Source: Chthoniobacteraceae bacterium (GTDB lineage Bacteria > Verrucomicrobiota > Verrucomicrobiia > Chthoniobacterales > Chthoniobacteraceae). From it: a stretch of 19,080 nt of DNA. The translations under genes and the position numbers were made by a program. The notes under the pieces are model-generated. The model was given only the letters and a program-made list of their open reading frames with translations, ran no database searches and was not told the DNA's origin. Shown one piece after another: positions 1 through 7,117 of this stretch. The stretch's first letter is position 1; the number at the start of each line of letters is the position of its first letter. Where the stretch lies: NCBI GenBank assembly GCA_031409655.1, contig JANNXQ010000094.1:1-19080 (forward strand), given 5' to 3'.

Positions 1-726
1 CAGGCCATCGCCGCGCTTGCCTATGGCACCGCGACGATTCGCCCCGTGCAGAAGATCTTCGGTCCCGGCAATGCCTACGTCGTCGAGGCCAAGCGGCAGG
101 CCTTCGGGCAAGTGGCCATCGACCTCCTGCCCGGCCCGAGCGAGATCCTGGTGCTCGCCGATGCCAGTGCGAATGCCGAGTGGATCGCCGCCGATCTCCT
201 CGCGCAGGCCGAGCACGGCAAGAACAGCGTCATCCTTTTCGTCACCAACTCCGCTCCGCTCCTCAAGCGCGTGGAGCAAGCAGTGGCTACCCAACTCGCC
301 ACGCTCAGCCGCCAGGAGCATCTCGCGCCCGTGCTGGAAAAGGATGCCGTGCTCATCCTGGTGAAGTCGCTCAAGGAAGGCATCGCCATCGCGAATGACT
401 TCGCACCCGAACACCTTTCACTCGTGACGAAGGACGACGCGAAGATCGCCGCCTCGATCCGCACGTCCGGCGCGATTTTCCTCGGTGGCTACAGCCCGGT
501 GGCGGCAGGCGATTTCGTCGCCGGCCCCAGTCACACTCTGCCGACAGGCGGCGCGGGAAAATCGTTTCCCGGCCTCACTGCCGACATGTTTCAGCGCCGC
601 ACGAGCTTGGTGCAGCTCGACGCGAAATCACTCAAGAAGTCCGTCGCGACGATCGCGAAGTTTGGCGAAGTCGAGGGCCTCGACGCCCACGCGCGGAGCG
701 CGACGATCCGCTTCGATCGGCCCTGA
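1..726 (+). CDS. hisD: Histidinol dehydrogenase, 3' part (5' end outside window)
   Basis: Frame is open from base 1 (QAIAALAYGT...). Contains HisD motifs KIFGPGNAYV, PGPSE, DLLAQAEH, APEHL, GPSHTLPTGG and EGLDAH. Confidence 0.97.
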   Translation, partial: QAIAALAYGTATIRPVQKIFGPGNAYVVEAKRQAFGQVAIDLLPGPSEILVLADASANAEWIAADLLAQAEHGKNSVILFVTNSAPLLKRVEQAVATQLATLSRQEHLAPVLEKDAVLILVKSLKEGIAIANDFAPEHLSLVTKDDAKIAASIRTSGAIFLGGYSPVAAGDFVAGPSHTLPTGGAGKSFPGLTADMFQRRTSLVQLDAKSLKKSVATIAKFGEVEGLDAHARSATIRFDRP

Positions 727-755
727 CTCACGGCGCATTTCCTGGGATTGCCCGG

Positions 756-857
756 AGAGGGAAGCCACGGATTACACAGATGGCACGGATGGGGATTCGG
801 CGCGGCGCGCCTCCGCCGACATTTGTGCCCATCGGTGTGATCTGTGGTCCATCCCTC
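756..857. repeat. Imperfect inverted repeat built of ~9-bp units (CACRGATnn) between convergent hisD and cimA
   Basis: Left arm ccacggatta-cacagatgg-cacggatgg (765-792). The right arm (821-847) reverse-complements to ccacagatcacaccgatgggcacaaat. Outer agaggga/tccctct also pair. Confidence 0.7.
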
Positions 858-866
858 TGTGAAATC

Positions 867-2444
867 TCAGCTCCTCACGAGCTCACGCGGACTCAGTCGG
901 TGCTCAAAGCTATCCACGAGCGCAAGCCAACTCGCCTCGATGATATTGTCCGAAACGCCGACGGTTCCCCAATCGGCATTCCCATCCGTGGAGACGATGA
1001 AGACGCGGGTGCGGGCAGCGGTGCCGGACTGGCCGTTGATGATCCGCACCTTGTAATCGGAAAGCGCGATGGCATCGATCTGCGGATAAAACGGACGCAG
1101 CGCCTTGCGGAGAGCGGCGTCGAGCGCGTTCACGGGACCATCGCCTTCCTCGACCGTGTAGGCTTTCTCGCCGTTGATCGTGAGCTTCACCGTGGCCTCG
1201 CACTTATCCCACGCGCCATTGGCCGTGCGGCGAAAGGAACAGTGGTACTCCTGCAGATCGAAAAGCGGGCGATGCACGCCAACGGTCTTACGCACCAGTA
1301 ACTCGAACGACGCTTCCGCCGCCTCAAACTCGTAACCTTCGCTTTCGAGCTGCTTCACTTCGCTGAGGATCTTGCCGACCTCCGGCGCGCCTTTTTGAAA
1401 CTTAAAGCCGAGCGCCTCGGCCTTCACGATCACGTTCGATTGGCCCGACACATCCGAGATCGAGATGACGCGTTCGTTACCGACCAGCGTCGGATCGATA
1501 TGCTCGTAACTGCTCGCGAGTTTCTGCACGGCGTGGACGTGCTGGCCGCCTTTGTGGGTAAAGGCCGCGGTGCCGATGTAAGGCGCGCGCACGTCGTGCG
1601 GCACGTTAGCGAGTTCATCGACGAAGAGCGACAGCCCGCGCAGCGCCGTGAGATCGCGCGCGACCTTGAGGCCCATCTTGAGCTGAAGATTCGGGATCAC
1701 GGTGATGAGGTTGCAGTTCCCCACGCGCTCGCCGTAGCCATTGATCGTCCCCTGCACCTGCACCGCTCCGGCCTGCACGGCGATGAGCGCATTGGCGACG
1801 CCGAGGCCGCAATCATTGTGCGTGTGGATGCCGACCGGCACGCCGAGCGCGGCGATCACGTCGCGGGTCGTTTGCTCGATGAACTCGGGCATGGTCCCGC
1901 CATTCGTATCGCAGAGGACGACGAGATCGGCGCCCGCCGCATGCGCGGCCTGGATCGTCGCGAGCGAATACTTCGGATCGTCGCGATAGCTGTCGAAGAA
2001 GTGCTCGGCGTCGTAGAGCACCTCGCGTCCGTGCTTCTTCAGGTAGGCGACGGTGTCGCTGATCATCGCGAGGTTTTCCTCGAGCGTGACCCCCAGGACT
2101 TCGGTGACCTGCAGCGGCCAAGTCTTGCCGACGATCGTCACCGCAGGCGTCTCCGCATCGAGGAGCGTGCGGACCTGCGGATCATCCTCCACCTTCATCT
2201 TTCCACGACGCGTCGCCCCGAAAGCGGCGATCTTCGCGTGCTGCCAGGTGCGCTTTTTCGCTTCCTTGAAAAACTCGGCGTCCTTCGGATTCGAGCCGGG
2301 AAATCCGCCCTCGATGTAATCCACGCCAAAGGCATCGAGCCGCTCGGCGACGCGAATCTTATCCAGCACCGAGAACGAAATGCCGGTCCCTTGCGTGCCG
2401 TCGCGAAGGGTGGTGTCGTAGATGGTGACTGTTGGCGTGCTCAT
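867..2444 (-). CDS. cimA: Citramalate synthase (DRE-TIM, LeuA/CimA family)
   Basis: YDTTLRDGTQG, YDAEHFFD, LCDTNGG, HTHND, GYGERVGN, GDGPVNALDAALRKAL, and WGTVGVSDNIIEASW in the regulatory domain. Start taken at ATG 2444 (MSTPTV). Confidence 0.9.
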   Translation of the reverse strand: MSTPTVTIYDTTLRDGTQGTGISFSVLDKIRVAERLDAFGVDYIEGGFPGSNPKDAEFFKEAKKRTWQHAKIAAFGATRRGKMKVEDDPQVRTLLDAETPAVTIVGKTWPLQVTEVLGVTLEENLAMISDTVAYLKKHGREVLYDAEHFFDSYRDDPKYSLATIQAAHAAGADLVVLCDTNGGTMPEFIEQTTRDVIAALGVPVGIHTHNDCGLGVANALIAVQAGAVQVQGTINGYGERVGNCNLITVIPNLQLKMGLKVARDLTALRGLSLFVDELANVPHDVRAPYIGTAAFTHKGGQHVHAVQKLASSYEHIDPTLVGNERVISISDVSGQSNVIVKAEALGFKFQKGAPEVGKILSEVKQLESEGYEFEAAEASFELLVRKTVGVHRPLFDLQEYHCSFRRTANGAWDKCEATVKLTINGEKAYTVEEGDGPVNALDAALRKALRPFYPQIDAIALSDYKVRIINGQSGTAARTRVFIVSTDGNADWGTVGVSDNIIEASWLALVDSFEHRLSPRELVRS

Positions 2445-2478
2445 AAAATGGGCGCGCAAGCTAAGGCACCCAGCCCCC

Positions 2479-2661
2479 CTAGGCAAGACGCCGGACTTGC
2501 CAACCCTGCACGGTCGCCCCCTCCTCCCTCACGCGCTTCCCCAGCGAGTCCAGAACCCGTTCCCCGCCGGCATCGTCACAAAAGTTCGTCTCGCGCCGAT
2601 CACTCCGGTCGAGAAGGTGAGACACTGCACCCCCGAATTCGACGCGGGCCGTACGTGCCAT
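2479..2661 (-). pseudogene. Degenerate 5' fragment of RAYT-like transposase (type C, copy 1)
   Basis: MARTARVEFGGAVSHLLDRSDRRETNFCDD matches the N-terminus pattern of the intact copies (MxRxxRvEfxgAxYHvxxRGdxRexIfxDD). DNA 2573-2725 is similar to 4915-5062. Confidence 0.8.
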
Positions 2662-2729
2662 GCTCCGGTTCTCAGCCGACCGGCACGGGTTCTGGCCAGC
2701 GAAAATGAGCCGATCTCACAGACCGCATC

Positions 2730-2918
2730 CGGTGATCGTGATCGGGCATCAGGCCCCACGCCTGCACCACCAAACCGTGCCATTCCATGGCCTTCGCCAG
2801 CGTGACCACCCACATCGCCCCGATCCGCGCCGTCCTTGAAAATGGCACGCCGCTCATTGCCGCGGGCAGTCACATGATAGCTGGCGTCGGAGAACTCGAC
2901 GCGAATGGGCCGGGACAT
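2730..2918 (-). pseudogene. Frameshifted, truncated 5' copy of RAYT-A
   Basis: MSRPIRVEFSDASYHVTARGNERRAIFKDGADR, a frameshift, then ..TLAKAMEWHGLVVQAWGLMPDHDH. Closely similar to 4625-4810, including the upstream region through the TIR. Confidence 0.9.
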
Positions 2919-2961
2919 GCCTGCTTCCACCAGAGGCTCCGCAACGGGTCAACTTTCAAGT

Positions 2962-2977
2962 TTCAAGCGTTGACCCC
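2962..2977 (+). repeat. Type A terminal motif TTCAAGCGTTGACCCC (upstream of RAYT-A fragment)
   Basis: Identical to 4854-4869 and to the reverse complement of 3838-3853. Confidence 0.95.
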
Positions 2978-3041
2978 GTTCACATGGTACACCGCTCCCG
3001 TACACCGCTCCCGGATATTAGATGCGCACCTGTCTTGGCAT
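2978..3041 (-). pseudogene. Short 5' fragment of a type B-like RAYT (not in ORF track)
   Basis: Manual translation from ATG 3041 gives MPRQVRI*YPGAVY[13-bp duplication]HV. Compare MPRPLRIEYAGALYHV of 6185-7117. There is a stop codon where Glu is expected. Confidence 0.8.
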
Positions 3042-3106
3042 GGTCCGCAGGGTGTCGAATCACTGGAATCTTGCAACAGGATTCGACTGAACCATTTTTC
3101 TGACAC

Positions 3107-3129
3107 TGTCAATAGTAAGCTTTGACCCC
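3107..3129 (+). repeat. Type B terminal motif TGTCAATAGTAAGCTTTGACCCC
   Basis: 21/23 identical to the reverse complement of 6181-6203. Confidence 0.92.
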
Positions 3130-3158
3130 TCTCACCCCTCTCACCGCTGCGTTCTCTC

Positions 3159-3749
3159 TTACAGATGCCCTTCGCCCTCCCACACGAGGTTGAACTTCAG
3201 TTCCTCCAACCCTGACTCCTGATAGGCTCGATAAAAGTCCTGACTGTGGCCGGTGTCGTCTGAGGCCACCAGAATCAGGTGAGACATGTTCGGAATTTTG
3301 AAGATCAATGATTCGTCGATCAAATTTGGAAAGAATGCTGGCTTCCTGATTCCCATTTCGTGATCCACTCCCAGTTCTTCCCCATTTGGCGCGTTGAAAG
3401 TGGTATTGTTCCGATCCATGCAATTGTAACATGCTGTAATATTTAGAAAGAAGATCTCTTCTCCTGTGTCATTTAGTTGTGTTTTGTGGATGTTCCCGGA
3501 ATATTCCAGGAATTCGCCAAGGCTACTGGAAAGAACCCTTTCAGTAAACACTAGAGCCTTACTAGGGAGATTAAAAAAGCCCTTCGCCGTCGTAAACGGA
3601 GCACGAATAAGTTGAAAAGGAGGGATAGTAGCATCGGCAGGAAGCGTATCTAAATCTCTCATAATCTCCCGCCAGAATTGATCATTGTTCGGAGTTGCAG
3701 CGATTGGAGGTGCCTTATCCGTATATCCTATTTCAAATATTCTCACCAT
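3159..3749 (-). CDS. Putative immunity protein, Imm11/DUF1629-like
   Basis: 196 aa, AT-rich. The pattern LVFTERV...FFLNITACYNCMD...IRKPAF...IFKIP...LVAS...F...SGLEELKFNLVW resembles the Imm11 family as I recall it. No HMM was run. Confidence 0.65.
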   Translation of the reverse strand: MVRIFEIGYTDKAPPIAATPNNDQFWREIMRDLDTLPADATIPPFQLIRAPFTTAKGFFNLPSKALVFTERVLSSSLGEFLEYSGNIHKTQLNDTGEEIFFLNITACYNCMDRNNTTFNAPNGEELGVDHEMGIRKPAFFPNLIDESLIFKIPNMSHLILVASDDTGHSQDFYRAYQESGLEELKFNLVWEGEGHL

Positions 3750-3837
3750 GGGTAGTTACCTCTAATTAATTTGTCGGCTATTCTTTGAAGTTCATTTTTT
3801 AATATCATCGTGTTTTGTAGCGAAACTGGTATGAGAC
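3743..3837 (-). pseudogene. Severed C-terminal tail of upstream gene (possible nuclease toxin)
   Basis: Stop-free frame from the TIR: LIPVSLQNTMILKNELQRIADKLIRGNYPW*. Its stop overlaps the next start (ATGGTGA). Confidence 0.55.
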
Positions 3838-3853
3838 GGGGTCAACGCTTGAA
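3838..3853 (-). repeat. Type A TIR at 3' end of RAYT-A (GGGGTCAACGCTTGAA)
   Basis: Perfect 16-bp inverted repeat of 4854-4869. It directly abuts the stop codon at 3854-3856. Confidence 0.95.
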
Positions 3854-4810
3854 TCATGAATCCACCGCTTGAAACTCCCGCCGGTATCGCTCGAACCGCT
3901 CTGCCACGGTCGCGTCTGCCGGGCTCAACCCGGCCAGGCGCCGCAAGGCGTGGGTGATCGCGCTCCCATCTGCGTAACCCAGCGCTCGCGCCGCTGCGCT
4001 GCGCTTTTCGCCCCCTCCGATTACCCGAAGCCACGCTTGCAACGCTCGATCCGGCTCTGCCGCGGCTAATTCCAGCGCACGTCGCCGCCTCCCGTCCGGG
4101 TCCACTTCCTGTCGACGCCACTGGACCTCCTGTGGACCGAGCCGGTCGCCGAGCATTTCCCCGATGCGCGCCAGGAAACTCTCGCCGCCCAGCACCAACG
4201 CCCCACGCAACTCCTCCCACGGGCTGCGCAGCACCTCCCCAAATGCCGCCCGCACGAAAGCCACGTAGCCTTCCTGGGCTTCCGCCCGATGCGTCCCGAA
4301 ATACGCCAGCCAACTCGCCGAGAGCCACGCCGGCGCTCCCTCGATCCCGGCATACACCCGATGGCTGCTCCAGCGGTAGCTTCGCAGCGCCTCCAGCCGC
4401 TCGCCGGGCACCGGCGCCTGTTTGTCCCGCGGGCGCACCGGGTTGAGATGCACGTAGCGGAGCAACTCCTGCGCATAGCTGTCGGCTTCCACCAGTTGCG
4501 CCTTGAATCGTCCTTGAAAGAGATGCCCGCTGCGCCGCCACCGTCGATTGAAGCGGATCGTGTAAGTCGTCTGCAGCCAGCCCAGCGCTCGACTCAGATT
4601 GGCCCGCGGCGTCTCGATCAGCAGGTGGTAGTGGTTGAGCATCAGGCACCACGCTTGCACCACCAGGCCATGCCCTTGCACCGCCTCCGCCAACGTGGCC
4701 ACAAACATGGCTCGATCCGCGTCATCCTTGAAAATGGCGCGCCGCTCATTGCCGCGGGCAGTCACATGATAGCAGGCGTCGGGGAACTCGACGCGAACGG
4801 GCCGGGACAT
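3854..4810 (-). CDS. HUH/Y1 tyrosine transposase, RAYT-like (RAYT-A), intact
   Basis: YHVTARGNERR, HUH motif NHYHLL, GHLFQGRFKA, YVHLNPVR, YRWSS, and a C-terminal helical/HTH-like extension. Start taken at ATG 4810. Confidence 0.95.
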   Translation of the reverse strand: MSRPVRVEFPDACYHVTARGNERRAIFKDDADRAMFVATLAEAVQGHGLVVQAWCLMLNHYHLLIETPRANLSRALGWLQTTYTIRFNRRWRRSGHLFQGRFKAQLVEADSYAQELLRYVHLNPVRPRDKQAPVPGERLEALRSYRWSSHRVYAGIEGAPAWLSASWLAYFGTHRAEAQEGYVAFVRAAFGEVLRSPWEELRGALVLGGESFLARIGEMLGDRLGPQEVQWRRQEVDPDGRRRRALELAAAEPDRALQAWLRVIGGGEKRSAAARALGYADGSAITHALRRLAGLSPADATVAERFERYRREFQAVDS

Positions 4811-4853
4811 GCCTGCTTCCACCAGAGGCTCCGCGACGTGTCAACTTTCAAGT

Positions 4854-4869
4854 TTCAAGCGTTGACCCC
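4854..4869 (+). repeat. Type A TIR upstream of RAYT-A
   Basis: TTCAAGCGTTGACCCC, which pairs with 3838-3853. Confidence 0.95.
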
Positions 4870-4903
4870 AATCATTGTTGACCCCAATCATTGACCCCAA
4901 TCA
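4862..4903 (+). repeat. Three copies of TTGACCCCAATCA at the TIR tip
   Basis: Copies at 4862-4874, 4878-4890 and 4891-4903. Confidence 0.95.
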
Positions 4904-4999
4904 TCCGACCGACTTCGTCACGAAAGATCATCTCGCGCCGATCACCCCGGTCGAGAAGGGGCACTGCACCCCGAATTCGACGCGGACCTTCCGTGCCAT
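4904..4999 (-). pseudogene. 5' fragment of RAYT-like transposase (type C, copy 2)
   Basis: MARKVRVEFG, a frameshift, then LLDRGDRREMIFRDEVGR. Its upstream region ends in TTTACAGACCCCC (5053-5065). Confidence 0.8.
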
Positions 5000-5085
5000 G
5001 CTCCGGTTCTCAACCGACCGGCCCGGGTTCTGGCCAACGAAAAAGGCCAACGTTTACAGACCCCCTTCCCTCGCGAATGGCATTC

Positions 5086-6126
5086 TCACTCCGGCTTACG
5101 CACGAACCGCGTCCTGCCAGACGCTGTTTCCAAATGCCGTGATCCAACTTTGGGATTAAAAAAAGACTCGAATCGAAGGAAGTGATCACCACCCGCCACC
5201 ATTTCAATATCGAATCGGGCAAAGGTTTTATCGTCAAAAGAAACGAAAAAGCTTTTCTCTACGGAAGAACGCCACTCGCTTCGAGGAAGCGTGGACAACA
5301 TATTAATGACGTAGGATTTCCGGTATCCATTCTCTGGAGCATCGAACAACAACCTATCGTTCCTTTCGAGCAGCCCGCCGTCAGAAACTTCGATTTCAAG
5401 CTTCCAATCGTATTGCCTCTGGCCCGCTGGCCTATCCAACTCGCTATTCCAACACGTAAAAACAACATGATGCCGTGTCTCGTGTTCACCGAAGCTGACG
5501 ACGAGCGGCGACCCGTCTCTTGCAATCCGAAAGGACCTTCTTGAAACACTTACCAATGCCTCAATCGTCCCTTCCTTGTGAAGAATGAAAACAACCGGCG
5601 CTTCACGTTCCGGCTTGTGAGTTGGTGCAAGCCCATAGTTAAACATACCGCTTGAGCTGGCCGCTCCGGAATGATCCTTACGCATCACCTTGTAGCCATT
5701 CCGAGAAACCCAAATAGAAAGACTCAATCCGGATAAGCCTTGAATTGAGAAAAGTCCATCAGCGTCAGTTCTCCGAGAATCGTTCAATGCGTTTTCCTTG
5801 CCATTCCCATTTGCAGAAACCGCAACGGCGGCACCCTCGACCGGATGACCGTTTTGATCTACCACTTTTCCATAAAAAACAATTGGTGCCCGAAAAGCGG
5901 CTAAAAATGCCTTTTGCTTCTCTTCAATGCCGGCAATGGGCTCGTTTTTTCCCTCTGACAGCGGCGGCTCTGGAAGCAGAGGAGCTTGCGATGCCGGTTC
6001 GTATGCAGTTTGCCCCGGCGCTTTTCTTGTTGATGCGCTGAACACTTCATTTGGCTTCCGATCAAAGAAAAGTACTATCGCAATCAACAATGCGATCACC
6101 AAAGTGCCTAATATTATCTTCTTCAC
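5086..6126 (-). CDS. Exported/membrane-anchored protein with carboxypeptidase-regulatory-like (beta-sandwich) domain
   Basis: 346 aa, AT-richer than the flanks. N-terminal MKK plus hydrophobic stretch, and PIVFYGKVVDQNGHPVEGAAV...TDADGLFSI. GTG start. Confidence 0.75.
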   Translation of the reverse strand: MKKIILGTLVIALLIAIVLFFDRKPNEVFSASTRKAPGQTAYEPASQAPLLPEPPLSEGKNEPIAGIEEKQKAFLAAFRAPIVFYGKVVDQNGHPVEGAAVAVSANGNGKENALNDSRRTDADGLFSIQGLSGLSLSIWVSRNGYKVMRKDHSGAASSSGMFNYGLAPTHKPEREAPVVFILHKEGTIEALVSVSRRSFRIARDGSPLVVSFGEHETRHHVVFTCWNSELDRPAGQRQYDWKLEIEVSDGGLLERNDRLLFDAPENGYRKSYVINMLSTLPRSEWRSSVEKSFFVSFDDKTFARFDIEMVAGGDHFLRFESFFNPKVGSRHLETASGRTRFVRKPE

Positions 6127-6180
6127 TGAGTTATAATGTTTAAGGGTAAATCATAAACTTCGCTAGAACGGTAAGCGCTA
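6123..6180 (-). pseudogene. Possible severed C-terminal tail of upstream gene
   Basis: Stop-free frame from the TIR: SAYRSSEVYDLPLNIITQ*. Its TGA overlaps the GTG start of the next gene (GTGA). Confidence 0.45.
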
Positions 6181-6203
6181 GGGGTTAGAGCTTACTATTG
6201 ACA
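6181..6203 (-). repeat. Type B TIR overlapping the 3' end of RAYT-B
   Basis: GGGGTTAGAGCTTACTATTGACA. It encodes the final VNSKL* of RAYT-B and is an inverted match to 3107-3129. Confidence 0.92.
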
Positions 6204-7117
6204 CTTTCCGAAGCGAGTAAGACTGAAAGATAGCTCGCGCTTCCCATCCGCAACCGGGCGGCGATCCAGGGGCGGGTCATCTGCGTCTGTTGCCTCAGCT
6301 GCCGTGCAATGGCCACCTTTCGGCGGTCGCCTTTGGGCAGTGTCTCGAGCGCGACCTCGGCCAATCCTTCTCGGGCCAGCCCCTCTCGCAGCAAGCGCCC
6401 TGCGAGTTGTTCGTCGGTCTCACTCCGCTCCATGGCGCGCTCACCCACTGCGCCGCGCCGCCCCATTCGCTCGGCCAGCCGCTCGAGGAAATCTTCCGCT
6501 CCATGCCACCAGCGGCTCCGAATCGCCATCGCCTCGGTGACTCCATTGGTCCGCGCCCATTCCACCTGCCGGGCATACTCCTGCCGGCTCGCCGCTTCAT
6601 CCCGCTCCAGCGCATGCTCGCCCAGCACCCGGTCCACCCGCAGCCACGACGTCCGCAACGCCGGCTGCAAATACGCCGGGTAACTGCTCCATTGCCAAGC
6701 CTCCAGCGGTGTCTCCGCGGCCAGCAGCCGGGCGCGCGCTGGATTCAGATGCACGTAATCACACGCCGTCACCAGATACGCCCCGCTGCGTTCATCGATG
6801 GGTTGCGCCTTATACCACCCGCCAAACAAATGCCCGCTCCAACGATGCCTCCGGTTAAACCGCCCGGTGAAGGTTCCCAGCAGCCACTTCATCCCGACCA
6901 CCAGATTCGCCTGCGGCGTCTCCAGCACCAGATGGAAGTGATTGCCCATCAGACACCAGGCATGGGCCTGCCAGCCGGTCTTGCCACACACTTCGCCAAG
7001 CGTCTGCAAGAAGCACTCCCGATCCTGATCGTCACGGTAGATCGCCTCCCGCCGATCCCCCCGACTCATCACATGGTAAAGCGCTCCAGCATACTCGATT
7101 CGCAGCGGTCTCGGCAT
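6185..7117 (-). CDS. HUH/Y1 tyrosine transposase, RAYT-like (RAYT-B)
   Basis: MPRPLRIEYAGALYHVMSRGDRRE, NHFHLV, YVHLNPAR, WQWSSY, and a C-terminal HTH-like WIAARLRMGSASYLS. Start taken at ATG 7117. Confidence 0.95.
   Translation of the reverse strand: MPRPLRIEYAGALYHVMSRGDRREAIYRDDQDRECFLQTLGEVCGKTGWQAHAWCLMGNHFHLVLETPQANLVVGMKWLLGTFTGRFNRRHRWSGHLFGGWYKAQPIDERSGAYLVTACDYVHLNPARARLLAAETPLEAWQWSSYPAYLQPALRTSWLRVDRVLGEHALERDEAASRQEYARQVEWARTNGVTEAMAIRSRWWHGAEDFLERLAERMGRRGAVGERAMERSETDEQLAGRLLREGLAREGLAEVALETLPKGDRRKVAIARQLRQQTQMTRPWIAARLRMGSASYLSVLLASESVNSKL

Larger units (their letters stand above)
2479..7117 (-). mobile_element. Accessory island of TIR-associated HUH/Y1 (RAYT-like) transposases, their fragments and two captured cassettes
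   Basis: Two intact and four fragmentary Y1 transposase genes, recurring ACCCC/GGGGT end motifs, and two AT-richer inserts, lying between cimA and an oxidoreductase. Confidence 0.85.

Noticed and set aside
1395..2708. Long antisense ORFs (also 7116-8372, 8354-9727, 9441-10589, 13077-14447, 15684-16649)
   Set aside because: Shadow ORFs opposite well-supported genes, as expected in high-GC DNA.
2787..3125. Plus-strand ORF ending VNSKL*, like RAYT-B, suggesting an inverted RAYT 3' remnant
   Set aside because: The shared peptide comes only from translating the type B TIR. The adjacent DNA is a minus-strand RAYT 5' fragment and its leader.
3792..4652. 286-aa alternative-frame ORF reading through the TIR into cassette 1
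   Set aside because: It overlaps the bona fide RAYT-A in another frame, is low-complexity A/G/R-rich, and is not in frame with the toxin-like tail.
4816..4844. Sigma70 promoter for RAYT-A (TTGACA at 4844-4839, minus strand)
   Set aside because: The -35 is perfect but the hexamer 17 bp downstream (TGGAAG) is a poor -10. It cannot be supported without TSS data.
4862..4903. Possible mini-CRISPR array
   Set aside because: 13-bp tandem units with no unique spacers, and no cas genes.
3130..6180. Classical integron cassettes
   Set aside because: No tyrosine recombinase in the window and no attC-like RYYYAAC..GTTRRRY structures recognised at the cassette ends.
3854..7117. IS200/IS605 elements with TnpB
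   Set aside because: The proteins are ~310-320 aa with NP and WSS motifs and a C-terminal extension typical of RAYT-like clades. No tnpB is present.
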